NCBI GenBank assembly: GCA_964590575.1
Contig: CAZPWM010000044.1
Coordinates: 6,943 to 23,562, forward strand
Direction: 5' to 3'
DNA: 16,620 nt
From: an uncultured archaeon
Lineage (GTDB): Archaea; Asgardarchaeota; Thorarchaeia; Thorarchaeales; Thorarchaeaceae
Shown: piece after piece, positions 16,557-16,620 of the stretch
Layout: each line of letters begins with the position of its first letter
Numbering within the stretch: position 1 is the first letter of the stretch
Made by a program: the position numbers and the translations under genes
Notes under the pieces: model-generated
Database searches by the model: none
The model's input: the letters and a program-made list of their open reading frames with translations, nothing else
What the model was told of the DNA's origin: nothing

Positions 16557-16620
16557 TTACGCTAATCCTCCAGCCTCAAGGATCTTAATCGCTAGCTCCA
16601 AGAATGCTGCTTCGACATTT
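16557..16620 (-). CDS. C-terminus of a probable second small GTPase (5' part outside the window)
   Basis: Manual translation of 16619 to 16557: NVEAAFLELAIKILEAGGLA*, matching the post-G5 helix NVEEAY...L.K.M of the Rab-like gene in this window. Confidence 0.65.
   Translation of the reverse strand, partial: NVEAAFLELAIKILEAGGLA

Noticed and set aside
1-16620. CRISPR array, tRNA/rRNA, transposase or integrase
   Set aside because: No spaced repeats, RNA gene signatures or recombinase motifs were seen, and intergenic gaps are short

Overview
Gene-dense archaeal window, very probably from an Asgard archaeon (Thorarchaeia-like is a guess from gene content). Left part: ABC-2 exporter (permease cut by the window edge, plus ATPase), a redoxin-nrdD class III ribonucleotide reductase pair transcribed divergently from an archaeal thyA, an Lrp/AsnC regulator with a Cys-rich tail, a WbpD-like hexapeptide acetyltransferase and an EF-2 paralog lacking the diphthamide HRG motif. 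Right part (8.7-16.6 kb) is the interesting one. It holds a minus-strand run of roadblock/LC7, a CxxC thioredoxin-fold protein resembling KaiB, a single-domain KaiC CI-like ATPase with a B-loop-like insert, a second degenerate KaiC/RAD55 ATPase and a large helical-repeat protein. This run is head-to-head with a Rab-like GTPase, followed by a WD40 propeller, a compact HEAT plus appendage (adaptin/COP ear-like) protein and the C-terminus of a probable second small GTPase. No RNA genes, CRISPR arrays or mobile elements were recognised. All family assignments come from motif recognition by eye, not database searches.
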